A stretch of DNA of 64,000 bases from an uncultured Actinomycetota bacterium (GTDB lineage Bacteria; Actinomycetota; Actinomycetes; Mycobacteriales; Mycobacteriaceae), in assembly GCA_963829405.1 (NCBI GenBank), contig CAWHIZ010000036.1, forward strand, positions 23,619 through 87,618, in the 5' to 3' direction. Of the stretch, positions 45,214-55,361 are shown piece after piece. A program made the translations under genes and the position numbers. The stretch's first letter is position 1; each line of letters begins with the position of its first letter. The notes beneath the pieces were generated by a model. That model worked only from the letters and a program-made list of their open reading frames with translations. It did not search any database and was not told where the DNA came from.

Positions 45214-46037
45214 ATGTTCGACGACAAGACCAGTCAACGAGACCGCTCGCGTGACCGACTGGTCGACGACGAACGGGTACTGGTCACCGGCGGAAGCCGC
45301 GGCATAGGGATCGGTATCGCCGAGGACTTCCTGCGTGCCGGGGCAGCGGTCGCGATCAGCGGCCGCGGCTCGGACGCCCTCTCCGACGCCGCCGAAGCGC
45401 CTCGACCCGACAGGACAGCGGATCCACACGGTCGTGGCCGACATCGCCGATCCGCGCGTCGTGTCAGCAGATGGCCGAGGAGGCCGCCGATCGGCTCGGC
45501 GGGCTGGATGTGTTGTGCGCCAACGCCGGCGTCTATCCCGAGCGCACCCTCGATGAGATCAATGTCGACGACGTCGACGTCGATCATTCTCCACCAACGT
45601 CGACGGGACCATCTTCTAGCGTCCAGGCCTGCCGCAGCGGCGCTGCAAAGAGTCCGGGAGAGGCCGCAGTCGTGGTGACCTCGTCGATCACCGGGCCGAT
45701 CACGGGATATGCGGGATTGAGCCACTACGGCGCCAGCAAGGCAGCGCAACTGGGCTTCGTTCGCACCGCCGCGCTGGAACTCGCGGCTGACGGGATCACC
45801 GTCAACGCCGTGCTGCCCGGCAGCATCCGCACCGAGGGTCTCGACGGTTTGGGGGCGGCGGCGATCGAGAAGATGGAGGCCTGCATTCCGCAGCGCCGAC
45901 TGGGCTCCCCTGCCGATATCGCTTCCGCTGCAATTTATTTCGCCAGCGAGGAGGCGGGCTTCGTACCGGCCAGACCCTGGTGGTCGACGGCGGGCAGACC
46001 CTTCCCGAACTACCCGAAACCGTTCTGGAGGAGGTGA
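45214..46037 (+). pseudogene. SDR-family oxidoreductase (FabG-like), at least four frame changes
   Basis: 'RVLVTGGSRGIGIGIAEDF' is in the frame of 44986..45678. 'IHTVVADIADP' is in 45335..45556. 'LDVLCANAGV..SSITGPITGYAGLSHYGASKAAQ..' is in 45471..46037. 'LVVDGGQTLPE' is in 45980..46168. The exact start and stop are uncertain. Confidence 0.65.
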
Positions 46038-46047
46038 AGTCGATGCC

Positions 46048-46791
46048 TCACCGCTTCAACCAGGACTCGATGGTGTGGCGGGTGTCGTTGATGTGTTCGG
46101 CATCCATGCGCTTGGCGGCCAACTCGGGTTCACGGTTCTCGATGGCCTCGAGGATCGACTCGTGGTAGTCGTTGGCGTTGGGCTCCAGCCTGCCGAAGAT
46201 CGCACCGACCGGGCAGCCACATCCGGCGGCGCGCATCGGCGACCGCGTCGAGCAGCTGATCGTTCTGGGCGGCCTGGGCGATGCGCAGATGAAACGCCGA
46301 ATCCAGAGTCTGGAAGTCGACCACGTGCTGCGCGGACTGATCGCCGAGCGCGGTGTCCAGAGCCGTGTCCATGCCGACCAGGAGCTTGTGAAGCGCGGCC
46401 AGGTCGCATGCTCCGGTGCCGCTCGGCGGCCAGGTGCGTCGCGCCGGTCTCGACGACGATGCGGTAGTCGAACGCGTCCCGGATGGCGCGCTTGTTGCGC
46501 CGCATCTCCCGCCGCATCTCCGCGGCGTCGATACACCGGCGCCAACACCGTGAACCCGCCGCCGCGACCGCGGCGAACCGCGATCAGCCCGTCGCGCTCC
46601 AAGGCGGCGACCGCCGTGCGCACCGTGGTGCCGGGACACGTCCAGCATCTCGGAGAGTTCACGCTCCGTTGGCAGCCGATCCCCTGGACGGAACTCGCCC
46701 GAGTTCCAGGGCACGACGAATCTGATCCACGCACCAACTCGTGCGCCGGGATCTGTCGAACCGGAACCAATGCCGCATGCCCGGCTGTCAT
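46048..46791 (-). pseudogene. GntR-family (FCD) regulator, at least seven frame changes in ~740 bp
   Basis: Recognisable pieces alternate among all three minus-strand frames (ORFs 46048..46791, 46130..46714, 46056..46517). They are 'EFRPGDRLPTERELSEMLDVSR', 'TTVRTAVAALERDGLIAVRRGRGGGFTV', 'RAIRDAFDYRIVVETGATHLAAER', 'LDSAFHLRIAQAAQNDQLLDAV' and 'YHESILEAIENREPELAAKRMDAEHI'. Confidence 0.7.
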
Positions 46792-46907
46792 AGTCGGCCC
46801 CTTCCTGTCACGACGAGGTTAACGCATCGGGCCGCAAATATCGTTTGCCCTGCCCAAGGCACCAAGCACGAACATGGGCTCGAAAGAGGCGTCTCGATTT
46901 TAAAGAT

Positions 46908-46926
46908 CTAAAAACTTGACCTTTAG
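46908..46926 (+). promoter_or_regulatory. 19-bp AT-rich motif copy B (CTAAAAACTTGACCTTTAG)
   Basis: Lies in the divergent region between the GntR pseudogene (start 46791) and the SDR/DUF1116 transcription unit (start 46995). It is preceded by TCTCGATT (46892-46899), an 8-mer also present before copy C. Confidence 0.5.
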
Positions 46927-46994
46927 AGCTTTAACGAAGAAACTGATGAGAGTTCTTGATCGGCATCACATGGCTACATCGAAGGGATCAAGCG

Positions 46995-47729
46995 GTGGGA
47001 AACAAGGTCATCGTCACCGGTGGGGCGGGCGTCATCGGCCAAGCCATCTGTCGGCGCCTGTTGGTAGGCGGCTATGTACCGGTGGCGGCGGATCTCAAGA
47101 CGGCGATCGACGGGTTCGACGCGGATCGAGGCGGGTCTTGGCGGCACCATCGGCGACGGCGATGGACGTCACCGACCGAGAGAGCGTGGTGTCGAGGGTC
47201 GTCCTCGGTGGTCGCCGACGGAGAGACCGTGTACGGACTGGTCAATTGCGCTGGAATCCTTCGGGATTCATTCCTCGGTGAACTGGACGAGGCGAACATG
47301 GAGTTGATGTTCCAGGTCAACATCGCAGGCATGGCACGGGTCACCGACGTCGTGGCTCCGCTGATGACCGACGGCAGCGCCATCGTCAACGTGGGTAGCC
47401 TCACGGGGCACTTCAGCCGGTTCCGCGGCGCATCGGTGTACGGCGCGACCAAGGCGGGAATCGCCGCCTACACGAGGTATCTGGCCGAGGAGCTCGCGCC
47501 GCGGGGTATCCGGGTCAACAACGTCGCCCCCGGTGTCATCCGGGCGCCGATGAGCCCGTCCATGGCGCGGGTCTCCGGTGGCGAGGAGATCAGCGCGAGC
47601 TACGCGATGCTCAAACGCATCGGTGAGCCCGAGGAAGTCGCCGAGGCCGTGGAGTTCCTACTCTCGCCGCGCGCCTCGTTCATCACCGCTCAGACGCTGC
47701 TGGTCGACGGCGGTGTGGTCGCATGGTGA
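46995..47729 (+). pseudogene. SDR-family oxidoreductase with a short out-of-frame patch (two frame changes)
   Basis: ORF 46956..47729 has 'VIVTGGAGVIGQA' and 'YGATKAG'. Residues around 47125-47205 read as Arg/Trp-rich nonsense there. The frame of 46916..47281 gives a sensible 'VLAAPSATAMDVTDRESVVSRVV' over the same stretch. GTG 46995 is the preferred start. Confidence 0.65.
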
Positions 47730-49001
47730 GCACCGAGCACAGCACGACGGCCCCCCAGGGCTTCATCTCCATCGAGGACGCGAATGCCGAAGCGTTCGAC
47801 CGCCTCAACGACGCCGATCCATGGGTGGTGGACGTGCGCCGGCCCGCGACGTGTTGCCGGGCTACCGAGACAACCTGGTCCTGACGTCCGGGGCGCCGAT
47901 GCCGTGGTCCGAGTACATGGGTGGGCAACGCGACGCGCTGATCGGGGGGGCGCTGTTCGAAGGGCTCGCCGACAACCGCGAGGAGGCGATCGCCGGATTC
48001 GCGAGGGGCGAGATCGAGATCGGCGGCTGCCACGACTACGCCGCGGTCGGGATCACTGGCCGGCATCTACACCGCGTCCATGCCCGTGTTCGTGGTCGAG
48101 AACCGCACCACGGCAACCTCGGGTTCTGCAACTTCTACGAGGGCAAGGAACCGCGGCGGCTCAATTACGGCTGTTACGACGAGGGCGTCCGCGAGCGACT
48201 GCTGCACGTCAACACCGTGCTGGCACCCGTTGTCGGGGAGGCCCTCCGCCGCTGGGCGGGATTGCGCTCAAGCCGCTGATCGCCCGGGCCCTGCGGATGG
48301 GCGACGAGGTGCACAGCCGCAACGCCGCGGCGTCGATCCTGTTCAATCGCGAGATCCTGCCCGCGGTGCTCGACATGGTCGACGAGCAGGTGCCCGGTGT
48401 CCGCGAGACCATGCTGCACCTGGCCGAGAACGACTACTTCTTCCTGCGGCTGTCGATGGCGGCCGCGAAGGCCTCCGCCGACGCGATGGCGGTACCCGGC
48501 TCCACGCTGGTCTCGGCGATGGCGTTCACCTGCCGCGGCTTCGCGATCAAGCTGGCGGGCCTGGGGGACACCTGGTTCGAGGGGCCGCCGCCGATTCACC
48601 AGGGCAAGCTGTTCGCCGGCCACACGGAAGACGAAATCACCTGGATGGGCGGCGAATCGCCCATCACCGAGACCATCGGGCTCGGCGGCTTCGCGCAGGC
48701 CTGCGCGCTTCCCCTGCAGGAGTACCAGGGCGGTTCCCCCGAGGTGATGATCGAGCGCAACCGCGAGATGTACGCGATCACCCACGGCGAGAACGGCACC
48801 TACCGGATCCCGCAGTTCGGCTTCCGCGGCACGCCGACGGGCATCGACGCCCGCAAGGTGCTGCGAAACCGGCATCCTGCCCGTGATGGACGTCGGGCTG
48901 GCCGGGTCGCGACGGCGGGCAGATCGGCGCGGGCGTCATCCGGGCGCCTCGGCAGTGTTTCGAAGACGCGATGGCCGAGTACCACCGCAGGTACGGCCTG
49001 A
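47723..49001 (+). pseudogene. DUF1116 (YlbE/AllG-like) protein, at least five frame changes
   Basis: ATG 47723 overlaps the SDR stop (ATGGTGA). Pieces 'ANAEAFDRLNDADPWVVDVR', 'LTSGAPMPWSEYMGGQRDALIGGALFEGLA', 'MPVFVVENRTT', 'RMGDEVHSRNAAASILF..ITETIGLGGFAQA' and 'GQIGAGVIRAPRQCFEDAMAEY' follow the E. coli YlbE sequence as I recall it. They are spread over ORFs 47578..48279, 48080..48886, 47784..49001 and 48883..49431. Confidence 0.7.
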
Positions 49002-49003
49002 TC

Positions 49004-49784
49004 ATGGGCTGCCGACGACGACAGGTCGCTGCCGTTCACCTTCGGCGGAGCCGCGCGTCGTGACCGGCGCCGCCTCGGGAATCGGTGCCGCGACCGCGCA
49101 GCACCCTGATGTCGGCTGGGATCCGCACCATCGGCGTCGACCTCCGCGAGCCCGAACCCGACCCGGCGTTCGGCGCCGACGTCCAGGTCTGCGTCAGCCG
49201 TCGACATCCGCGACCGTGGACCTGGCCTGCGCGGCTGGTCGACGAGGATGTCCCACGTGGCGGGATCTAGCTATCTGGTCAATTGCGCAGGAGTCCTCGA
49301 GACCACCGGTTTCAGCGGGGTCGACCGCGACACGTGGCAGCGGTGTCTGGACGTCAATCTCGTTGGGGCATACAACGTCCTGGACGCCGTCGCGCCGCCC
49401 TTGCGGCAGGCGACCTCGGCCGCCGTCGTGAACATCACGTCGATGGAGGCCGCCCGCGTCATCGCCCTGTCCGACCCCGACCCAACCCCGCAGTACGCGG
49501 CCGCCAAGGCCGGGCTTGCAGATGCTCACGCAGAGCGCAGCCCGCGCACTCGCCGCCGACGGGATACGCGTCAACAGCGTTTCCCCGGGATTCGTCGCTA
49601 CCCCGATGGCGGCACCGCACGGCGACACCGCGACGCTGTCCGCGTCACTTGGGGGCGGGTGCCGGCGGGCGGTTCGCCACGCCCGACGGAGATCGCTGCC
49701 ACGGTCGCGTTTCTGCTCAGTGACCAGGCCGCCTACATCACCGGGTCCGACCTGCGCGTCGACGGCGGATTTCAGCTGACATGA
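49004..49784 (+). pseudogene. SDR-family oxidoreductase, at least five frame changes
   Basis: 'VVTGAASGIGAATA' is in the frame of 48883..49431. 'GIRTIGVDLREPEPD' is in 49085..49270. 'LVNCAGV..VNITS' and '..EIAATVAFLLSDQAAYITGSDLRVDGG' are in 49248..49784. 'MLTQSAARALAADGIRVNSVSPGFVATPM' is in 49516..49779. An extra G lies in the run right after ATG 49004. Confidence 0.65.
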
Positions 49785-50864
49785 GCGCTCTCGAACATCG
49801 CCCGGCCACCTGTGGGGTACGAACCGTCCCTTGGCCGCGCCGCCCGCACGCGGTGACTGGTCGGAGTTCGCGAAGGGCACCTTCGGCAGCGCCGCCGAAC
49901 GGTTGGCCGACGGCGACTCGGACGCGGCCGCCCAACTGATCGAGGTCGGTGTACTGGAAGCCGAAGAGCTACGCGAGATCTACGACCGCTGGCCGGCTGC
50001 AACGGTGGCCTGGATACGGGGACACGGAGTGCGAGGCGTCGGACGTCGCCGAAGCAATCGACCGGCTCCGCGCACTCATCGGCGAACACGCGATGGCGGG
50101 CATCGCGGCCGAGTGGCCGACGTTCGTGGCCGCGGTCGAGACCGCCGCAGCGGCATGCAGGCCGCGCGACGGCGCTGGCCGCCGACGCCATCGAGGATGC
50201 GCGCGCGGGTGTGGCAGGGCATTCACGACCGCGCCGTGGACCGGGTGTCCGGGATCATCGACATCGCGGTCAAGCTCGTCGGCGAGCACGCACTCGGCGA
50301 GCTGTGGGACTTTCTGATGAGCGACTGGTACGACGTGCACGCACACCGCTACGCCCTCGACAACCAACGGTGGAGCGACTCCGCCCACCAACTGATGATC
50401 GCCATCGTCGACGGATTCCACGCCCACCTGACCGGGGCGGGCCGCCAAGGTGACATCGACCGTCATCGAGGAGCCCACTCGCATCGGATTCCGCTTCGCG
50501 CCGTGCGGATCGGGTGGACGATCAGTGGATGCCACCATCACCGAGGGCTCTCCACGTGCCGGTGCCCCCTACGGTTCGCGGTCACGACCGAGCGCCACGA
50601 CTGGGCCTGGAACACGATCGGCATCTGCTCGTACTGCGTGCACTGCTGCCAGCTCAACGAAGTGATGCCGATCGACCGCCTGCGGCTACCCGACCCGGGT
50701 GATCGACCCGCCGGTCTGGTCGCCCTCGCAGCCCGCAGACGACGTGTACGTGGTGGGTCTACCGCGACCCCGCCGACGTGCCCGACCACGTCTACCACCG
50801 AGTCGGCCGCGATCCCGCACGAAGGCCGAGCAAGCGACACAGGGGAAGGAGCGGCGATGTCTGA
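49781..50864 (+). pseudogene. Cys-rich hypothetical protein (no family recognised), at least five frame changes
   Basis: ATG 49781 overlaps the SDR stop (ATGA). Coherent text is spread over ORFs 49831..52293, 49949..50317 and 50450..50665. Examples: 'GDWSEFAKGTFGSAAERLADGD..', 'ELWDFLMSDWYDVHAHRYALDNQRW', 'RIGFRFAPCGSGGRS', 'HDWAWNTIGICSYCVHCCQLNEVMPIDRL'. The 3' end is approximate. Confidence 0.4.
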
Positions 50865-52139
50865 CTCCGTGGCGATGACCCAGCTCGAGGTTCCCGACTA
50901 CGACCTCGGGCTGCGCGGCAAGCTGGTGCGATCCAGAAAGACCAGGGGCACATCCAGTCTGGCCTTCTGCACCATCATCTACGGCCTCTCGCTGGCCGAC
51001 GACGTCACCGACACGCCGTTGAGCAACGCGGCAAACGGGTATCCGGACGCCGCGCTGATACCCGACGAGAGCACTCGCGTGGCATTGCCGTGGCGTTGCG
51101 GTACCGATGCCGTCATCGCGGACCTCGCCGGTGCGGACGGGGTTCCGCTGGCGGTCTCACCGCGGTTGCCTGCAGTCGGGGCTGACGGCGTTACGCGGAC
51201 CTCGACCTGGACCCCATCCTTGGCTACGAGTACGAGACTGTGGATCTTCGACCGCACCCCCGGCTCCCACTGGAGGCGACCGCCGCCCGCACGGCCGCGC
51301 CGAGAACGCCTACAGCCTGTCCCGGTGCGCCGAAACACAGCATTGCCCTCGAATTCACCAATCGCATGCAGTAGGTCGGCATCGAGGATCGAGGCGTTTC
51401 ACAGCGAACTCGGGCCCGGGTTCTTCGAGTTCACCCTCGCGCCGGCCCCCGCGGTGCGCGCCGCCGACAACGCCGTTCGGGCCAGGCAGTACCTGCGCGA
51501 TCTGTGCCACGAACGGGGACTGCACGCCAGCTTCATGGCCAAGCCGTTCGCCGACAAGTCGGGCGCGGGCGGGCACGTCCACTCCAGCCTGAACCGCGAC
51601 GGCACCAATGTCTTCGCCGACGACCGCGCATCAGCTGTCCACCGAGGGGCGGCACTACCTCGCCGGGTTGGTCTGCGCCATGCCCGACCTCGCGCTGCTG
51701 CTGAATCCGTACGTCAACTCCTACAAGCGCATCGACCCGGAGATGTTCACCGCCGCCCGCGCCAGTGGGGCCACGATGACCGCAGTACCGCCTGCCGGGT
51801 GTTGCTCGCCGACCGCAGCTCGGCGCGGGTGGAGCACCGCAGGCCCGGCGCCGACGCCAACCCCTACATCGTCGCGGCGGCACTGCTGGCGGGCGGCCTG
51901 CACGGGCTGCGTGAACACCTCCCGCTGCCGGAACCTCGCGAGCCGTCGCTGCCGTGCCAGCCGATCTCGGCAGCGCCGTTGCCGCTTCGAACGACTCGCC
52001 GTGGGTGGCCGATCTGCTCGGCACGCTGTTCTGTGCCTCCTTCGCCGCCACCCGCCGCGCCGAACTCGCCGCATACGAGAAGTGGCTGTACCGCACGATC
52101 ACCACTTGGGAACTCAGCCGACACCTGGAGCACCAATGA
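50857..52139 (+). pseudogene. Glutamine synthetase-family protein (gamma-glutamyl-amine synthetase-like), paralog 1, at least five frame changes
   Basis: ATG 50857 follows GGGGAAGGAG. GS hallmarks are spread over three frames (ORFs 49831..52293, 51608..52261, 51954..52139): 'FHSELGPGFFEFTL', 'SFMAKPFADKSGAGGHVHSSL', 'NPYVNSYKRI', 'RVEHRRPGADANPYI'. The stop overlaps the next ATG (ATGA at 52136). Confidence 0.75.
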
Positions 52140-53523
52140 CCGACACCATCCGCACTCCTGGATCTCGACCAGTTCGACCAACTCAGTCGGGCCGGGAGAG
52201 ATCAATACGGTCGTGTGCGCGACGCCCGACCCCTACGGCCGCCTCGTCGGAAAGCGGCTGACCGTTCAGGCATTTCGCGCGCTTGGGCTCTAGGGCACCG
52301 GCATCAACGCGAGCAGCTTCGTGTTCGCCGTCGACATCGAGATGAACCCGCTGAACCTTCCGGTATCCAACGCCGCCAACGGTTGGGCCGACATTCGGCT
52401 GGTGCCCGATCTGACGACGATGCGCCGCGTGCCATGGGAACCCAACGCCGCTTTGGTCATCTGCGACGCGTACAACGCCGATTCCGACACCCTGCTCTCG
52501 GTGGCGCCACGGACGCATCCTGCGGACGCAGATCGAGCGGGCCGAGCAGGAAGGGCTGAAGTTCAAGTTCGCGTCGGAGTTGGAGTTCTATCTTGTCGTC
52601 CACACCGCCGCGGGAGGCATGGGACCTGGGCTACCAGAACCTCAAGATGCTCTCGGACTACCGATCCGATTACCAGATGGTCCAGGCCTGTCGCGACGAC
52701 TGGTTCATCGAACGGATCCGCAACCAGATGCCCGATTTCGGGGTACCGATCGAATCGTCCAAACCCGAGTGGGGCCTCGGTCAGCAGGAGGTGACCCTGG
52801 ACTACTGCTCGACCTTGGAGATGGCCGATCGCCATGTCCTGTTCAAGTACGGCATCAAGCAGCTTGCGCACAATGCCGACCTGACCGTGACCTTCATGGC
52901 CAAGCCGATCATCGACGAGGTGGGATCCTCCTGTCACCTGCACATCAGCATGTGGTCGGCGGACGACCAACAGTCCCTGTGCTGGTCGGAGCGGCCCGCC
53001 GGCGGGATGTCGGACAAGTTCGGCTCCTTCGTCGCAGGCCAGTTGACGCACGCCACCGACATGACCCTGATGTTCGCGCCAACAGTGAACTCCTACAAGC
53101 GCTTTCAGCCCGAGCAGTTCGCGGGCACCGCGATCGCAGTGGGCAACGACAACAGGTCGTGCGCGTTCCGCCTCGTCGGTCACGGGCCGTCGTACCGGGT
53201 GGAGAACCGCATCCCCGGCGCCGACGTCAACCCGTACTACGCATACTCGGCCACCATCGCCGCCGGGCTCGATGGCATCGACCGGGAGTTGCCGACTCCC
53301 GATGTCTTCGATGGCAACGCATGGACGGGCGACAAGATCCAGACGGTGCCCACCTCCCTGCACGAAGTCCCTTGACCTGTTCGCGCACAGCAAGATGGCC
53401 CGCGCCGGGTTCGGCGACGAAGTGTTCGACCATCTGCTGGCCTCCTCGACCAGCGAACTGACTGCCTTCGATTCCCACACCGTCACCGACTGGGAACTGC
53501 GCCGCTACTACGAGCGCGTCTAA
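52136..53523 (+). pseudogene. Glutamine synthetase-family protein, paralog 2, several frame changes plus an in-frame TAG
   Basis: Pieces lie in ORFs 49831..52293, 52321..52794, 52593..53375 and 53272..53523. Motifs seen: 'ELEFYL', 'PEWGLGQQEVTL', 'FMAKPIIDEVGSSCHLHISMW', 'VNSYKRF', 'RVENRIPGADVNPYY'. TAG at 52291-52293 interrupts otherwise continuous text ('..AFRALGL*GTGINASSFVFAVD..'). Confidence 0.75.
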
Positions 53524-53557
53524 CGCTCCACCAAACCAGTACAGGAGCCGCAGTCCG

Positions 53558-54497
53558 ATGCCGATCGATCCCATCGCCCAGAAGATGCTCGACGACACCA
53601 AGGCGTCGGGCCGTCCCAACGCTCATCTTCTCCCCGTGGCGACTGCCCGGCAGAACTTCGAGGACACCTTCGGCGCCCTGTCGAAGCCACCCGTCCACCG
53701 GGTCATGGACGTCGAAATCCCCACGCGCGACGGCGAATCGATCCCGGGGCGGCTCTACCTGCCCGCCGACGAGAGTGCGGTGCTGCCACTGACGGTGTAC
53801 TACCACGGCGGAGGCTGGCTACTCGGCAGCATCGATTCCCACGACGTCACCGCCAGAATGCTGGCCAATGCGTCGGGCAGCGCGGTGCTGTCGGTCGGAT
53901 ACCGGCGAGGACCGGAGGCCCGGTTCCCCACCGCCGTCGACGACGCGATCGACGCGCTGCAATGGGCAGCCAGCCCGCAGCCGGTCTCGGCATCGACACC
54001 GCCCACGTGGCCGTCGCCGGTGACAGTGCCGGCGGCAACCTCGCAGGAGCGGTCGCCCTGAACGCCAGAGACAACGGCGGGCCAGTGCTGCGCCACCAGC
54101 TGCTCGTCTATCCGGTCACCACCACCGATCTGGAGCGCGGAATGGATCCGCAATACGACGGAGTGATGCTCGAACGCGATGAGTTGCAGTGGCATCAGGA
54201 CAATTACCTGCCCAGCCCCGATCGCCGACACCGATCCTCGCGTCGACATTCTGGACGCCGATCTGACCGGCCTGCCCGACGCGACCATCATCCTGGCTGA
54301 ATGCGACCCGATCCGGCCGCAGGGTGAGCGATACATCGCCGCACTCGAGGCGGCCGGGGTGCCGATCCGAAGCCACCTCACACCGGGGATGGTGCACGGC
54401 TTCTTCGGACTCGACGAGGTCTTCCCCTCGGCCACCGAAGCGATGACGTTCGCGGGCCAGCGGCTGGCTCGAAGCCCTCGGTGCGGTGGACCGATGA
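53558..54497 (+). pseudogene. Hormone-sensitive-lipase-type alpha/beta esterase, three frame changes
   Basis: 'HGGGW' oxyanion motif is in ORF 53558..54061. 'VAVAGDSAGGNLA' nucleophile elbow is in 53962..54300. 'ECDPIRPQGERY..GMVHGF' is in 54179..54709. The likely tail '..LEALGAVDR*' ends in an ATGA overlap at 54494-54497. Confidence 0.7.
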
Positions 54498-55233
54498 ACG
54501 GGACCGTACTGGTTACCGGCGCGGGCGGAGGCATCGGCCTCGCCACCGTGTCAGGCCTGCGTCGAAGGATGGTCTCGACGGTGGTGGCCAGCGACGTCAA
54601 GGACACCGTGCCCGAGCTGCCTGCCCGCAGGCGCCGATATGTGCCCTTCGATCTGCTCGACGGTGATCCCGCGAACGCTGATGGCGACGTTCGAGGACAC
54701 CGGCCTTGACTACCTGGTCAACACTGCAGGAGTCGCGATCTTCGATCGTGACGGCTCGGTTCTCGACATCGAGGAATCGGTCTGGGACATGACATTGGGG
54801 GTCAACCTGCATGGCCTGCGCCACCTCACCGCCGCGGCCGTGCCGATCCTTCGCCGTGGCAACGGCAAGAGCATCGTGAACGTGGCAAGCACTGCAGGCA
54901 TACGTGGGATGGACTCACCGCTCGACGCGTATCAGGTCAGCAAGGCGGCCGTCGTCTCGTTGACCCGGACCCTTGGCGCTGCAACTGGGTGCGGATGGAA
55001 TCCGGGTGCAATACAGTGTGCCCCGGGGCCATCCTCACCCCGATGATCGCGCCGCTCTATGCCGAGGACCCAGCACGCCGCGCGAACATGGAAGAGCGAA
55101 CCCCACTGGGCCGGCTGGGCATGCCTGAGGACATCGCACAACGCGATCGCGGTTCCTGTTGTCCGACGAAGCCTCGTTCATCACCGCCACCGATCTGGTC
55201 GTGGACGGCGGCTGGATGGCGCAAATCAAGTAA
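54494..55233 (+). pseudogene. SDR-family oxidoreductase, at least three frame changes
   Basis: 'MNGTVLVTGAGGGIGLA' is in the frame of 54179..54709. 'LVNTAGV..VNVASTAG..YQVSKAAV' is in 54639..55046. 'CPGAILTPM..RLGMPEDIA' is in 54989..55258. The tail '..FITATDLVVDGGWMAQIK*' is in another frame, with stop TAA at 55231-55233. Confidence 0.65.
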
Positions 55234-55282
55234 TGACGACACAATGCAGACGGTATAGTCATTGACATCTCGATTAATTGGT

Positions 55283-55301
55283 TTAAATACTGGACCTATA
55301 G
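55283..55301 (+). promoter_or_regulatory. 19-bp AT-rich motif copy C (TTAAATACTGGACCTATAG)
   Basis: Lies upstream of the FMO gene (start 55362). It is preceded by TCTCGATT (55268-55275). TATAGT/TATATT -10-like hexamers overlap the motif at 55297-55307, and TTGACA lies at 55262-55267. Confidence 0.5.
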
Positions 55302-55361
55302 TATATTTACGGAGGCAGCGACCGCGGCGTCGGCAAGGAGACACCGGATGAACGCAACCGA

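Noticed and set aside
49831-52293. 820-aa ORF that would be the largest protein of the cluster
   Set aside because: It is a chimeric read-through. Sensible stretches belonging to three different genes (Cys-rich protein, GS-like 1, start of GS-like 2) alternate with Arg/Pro-rich out-of-frame text. It is not a single protein.
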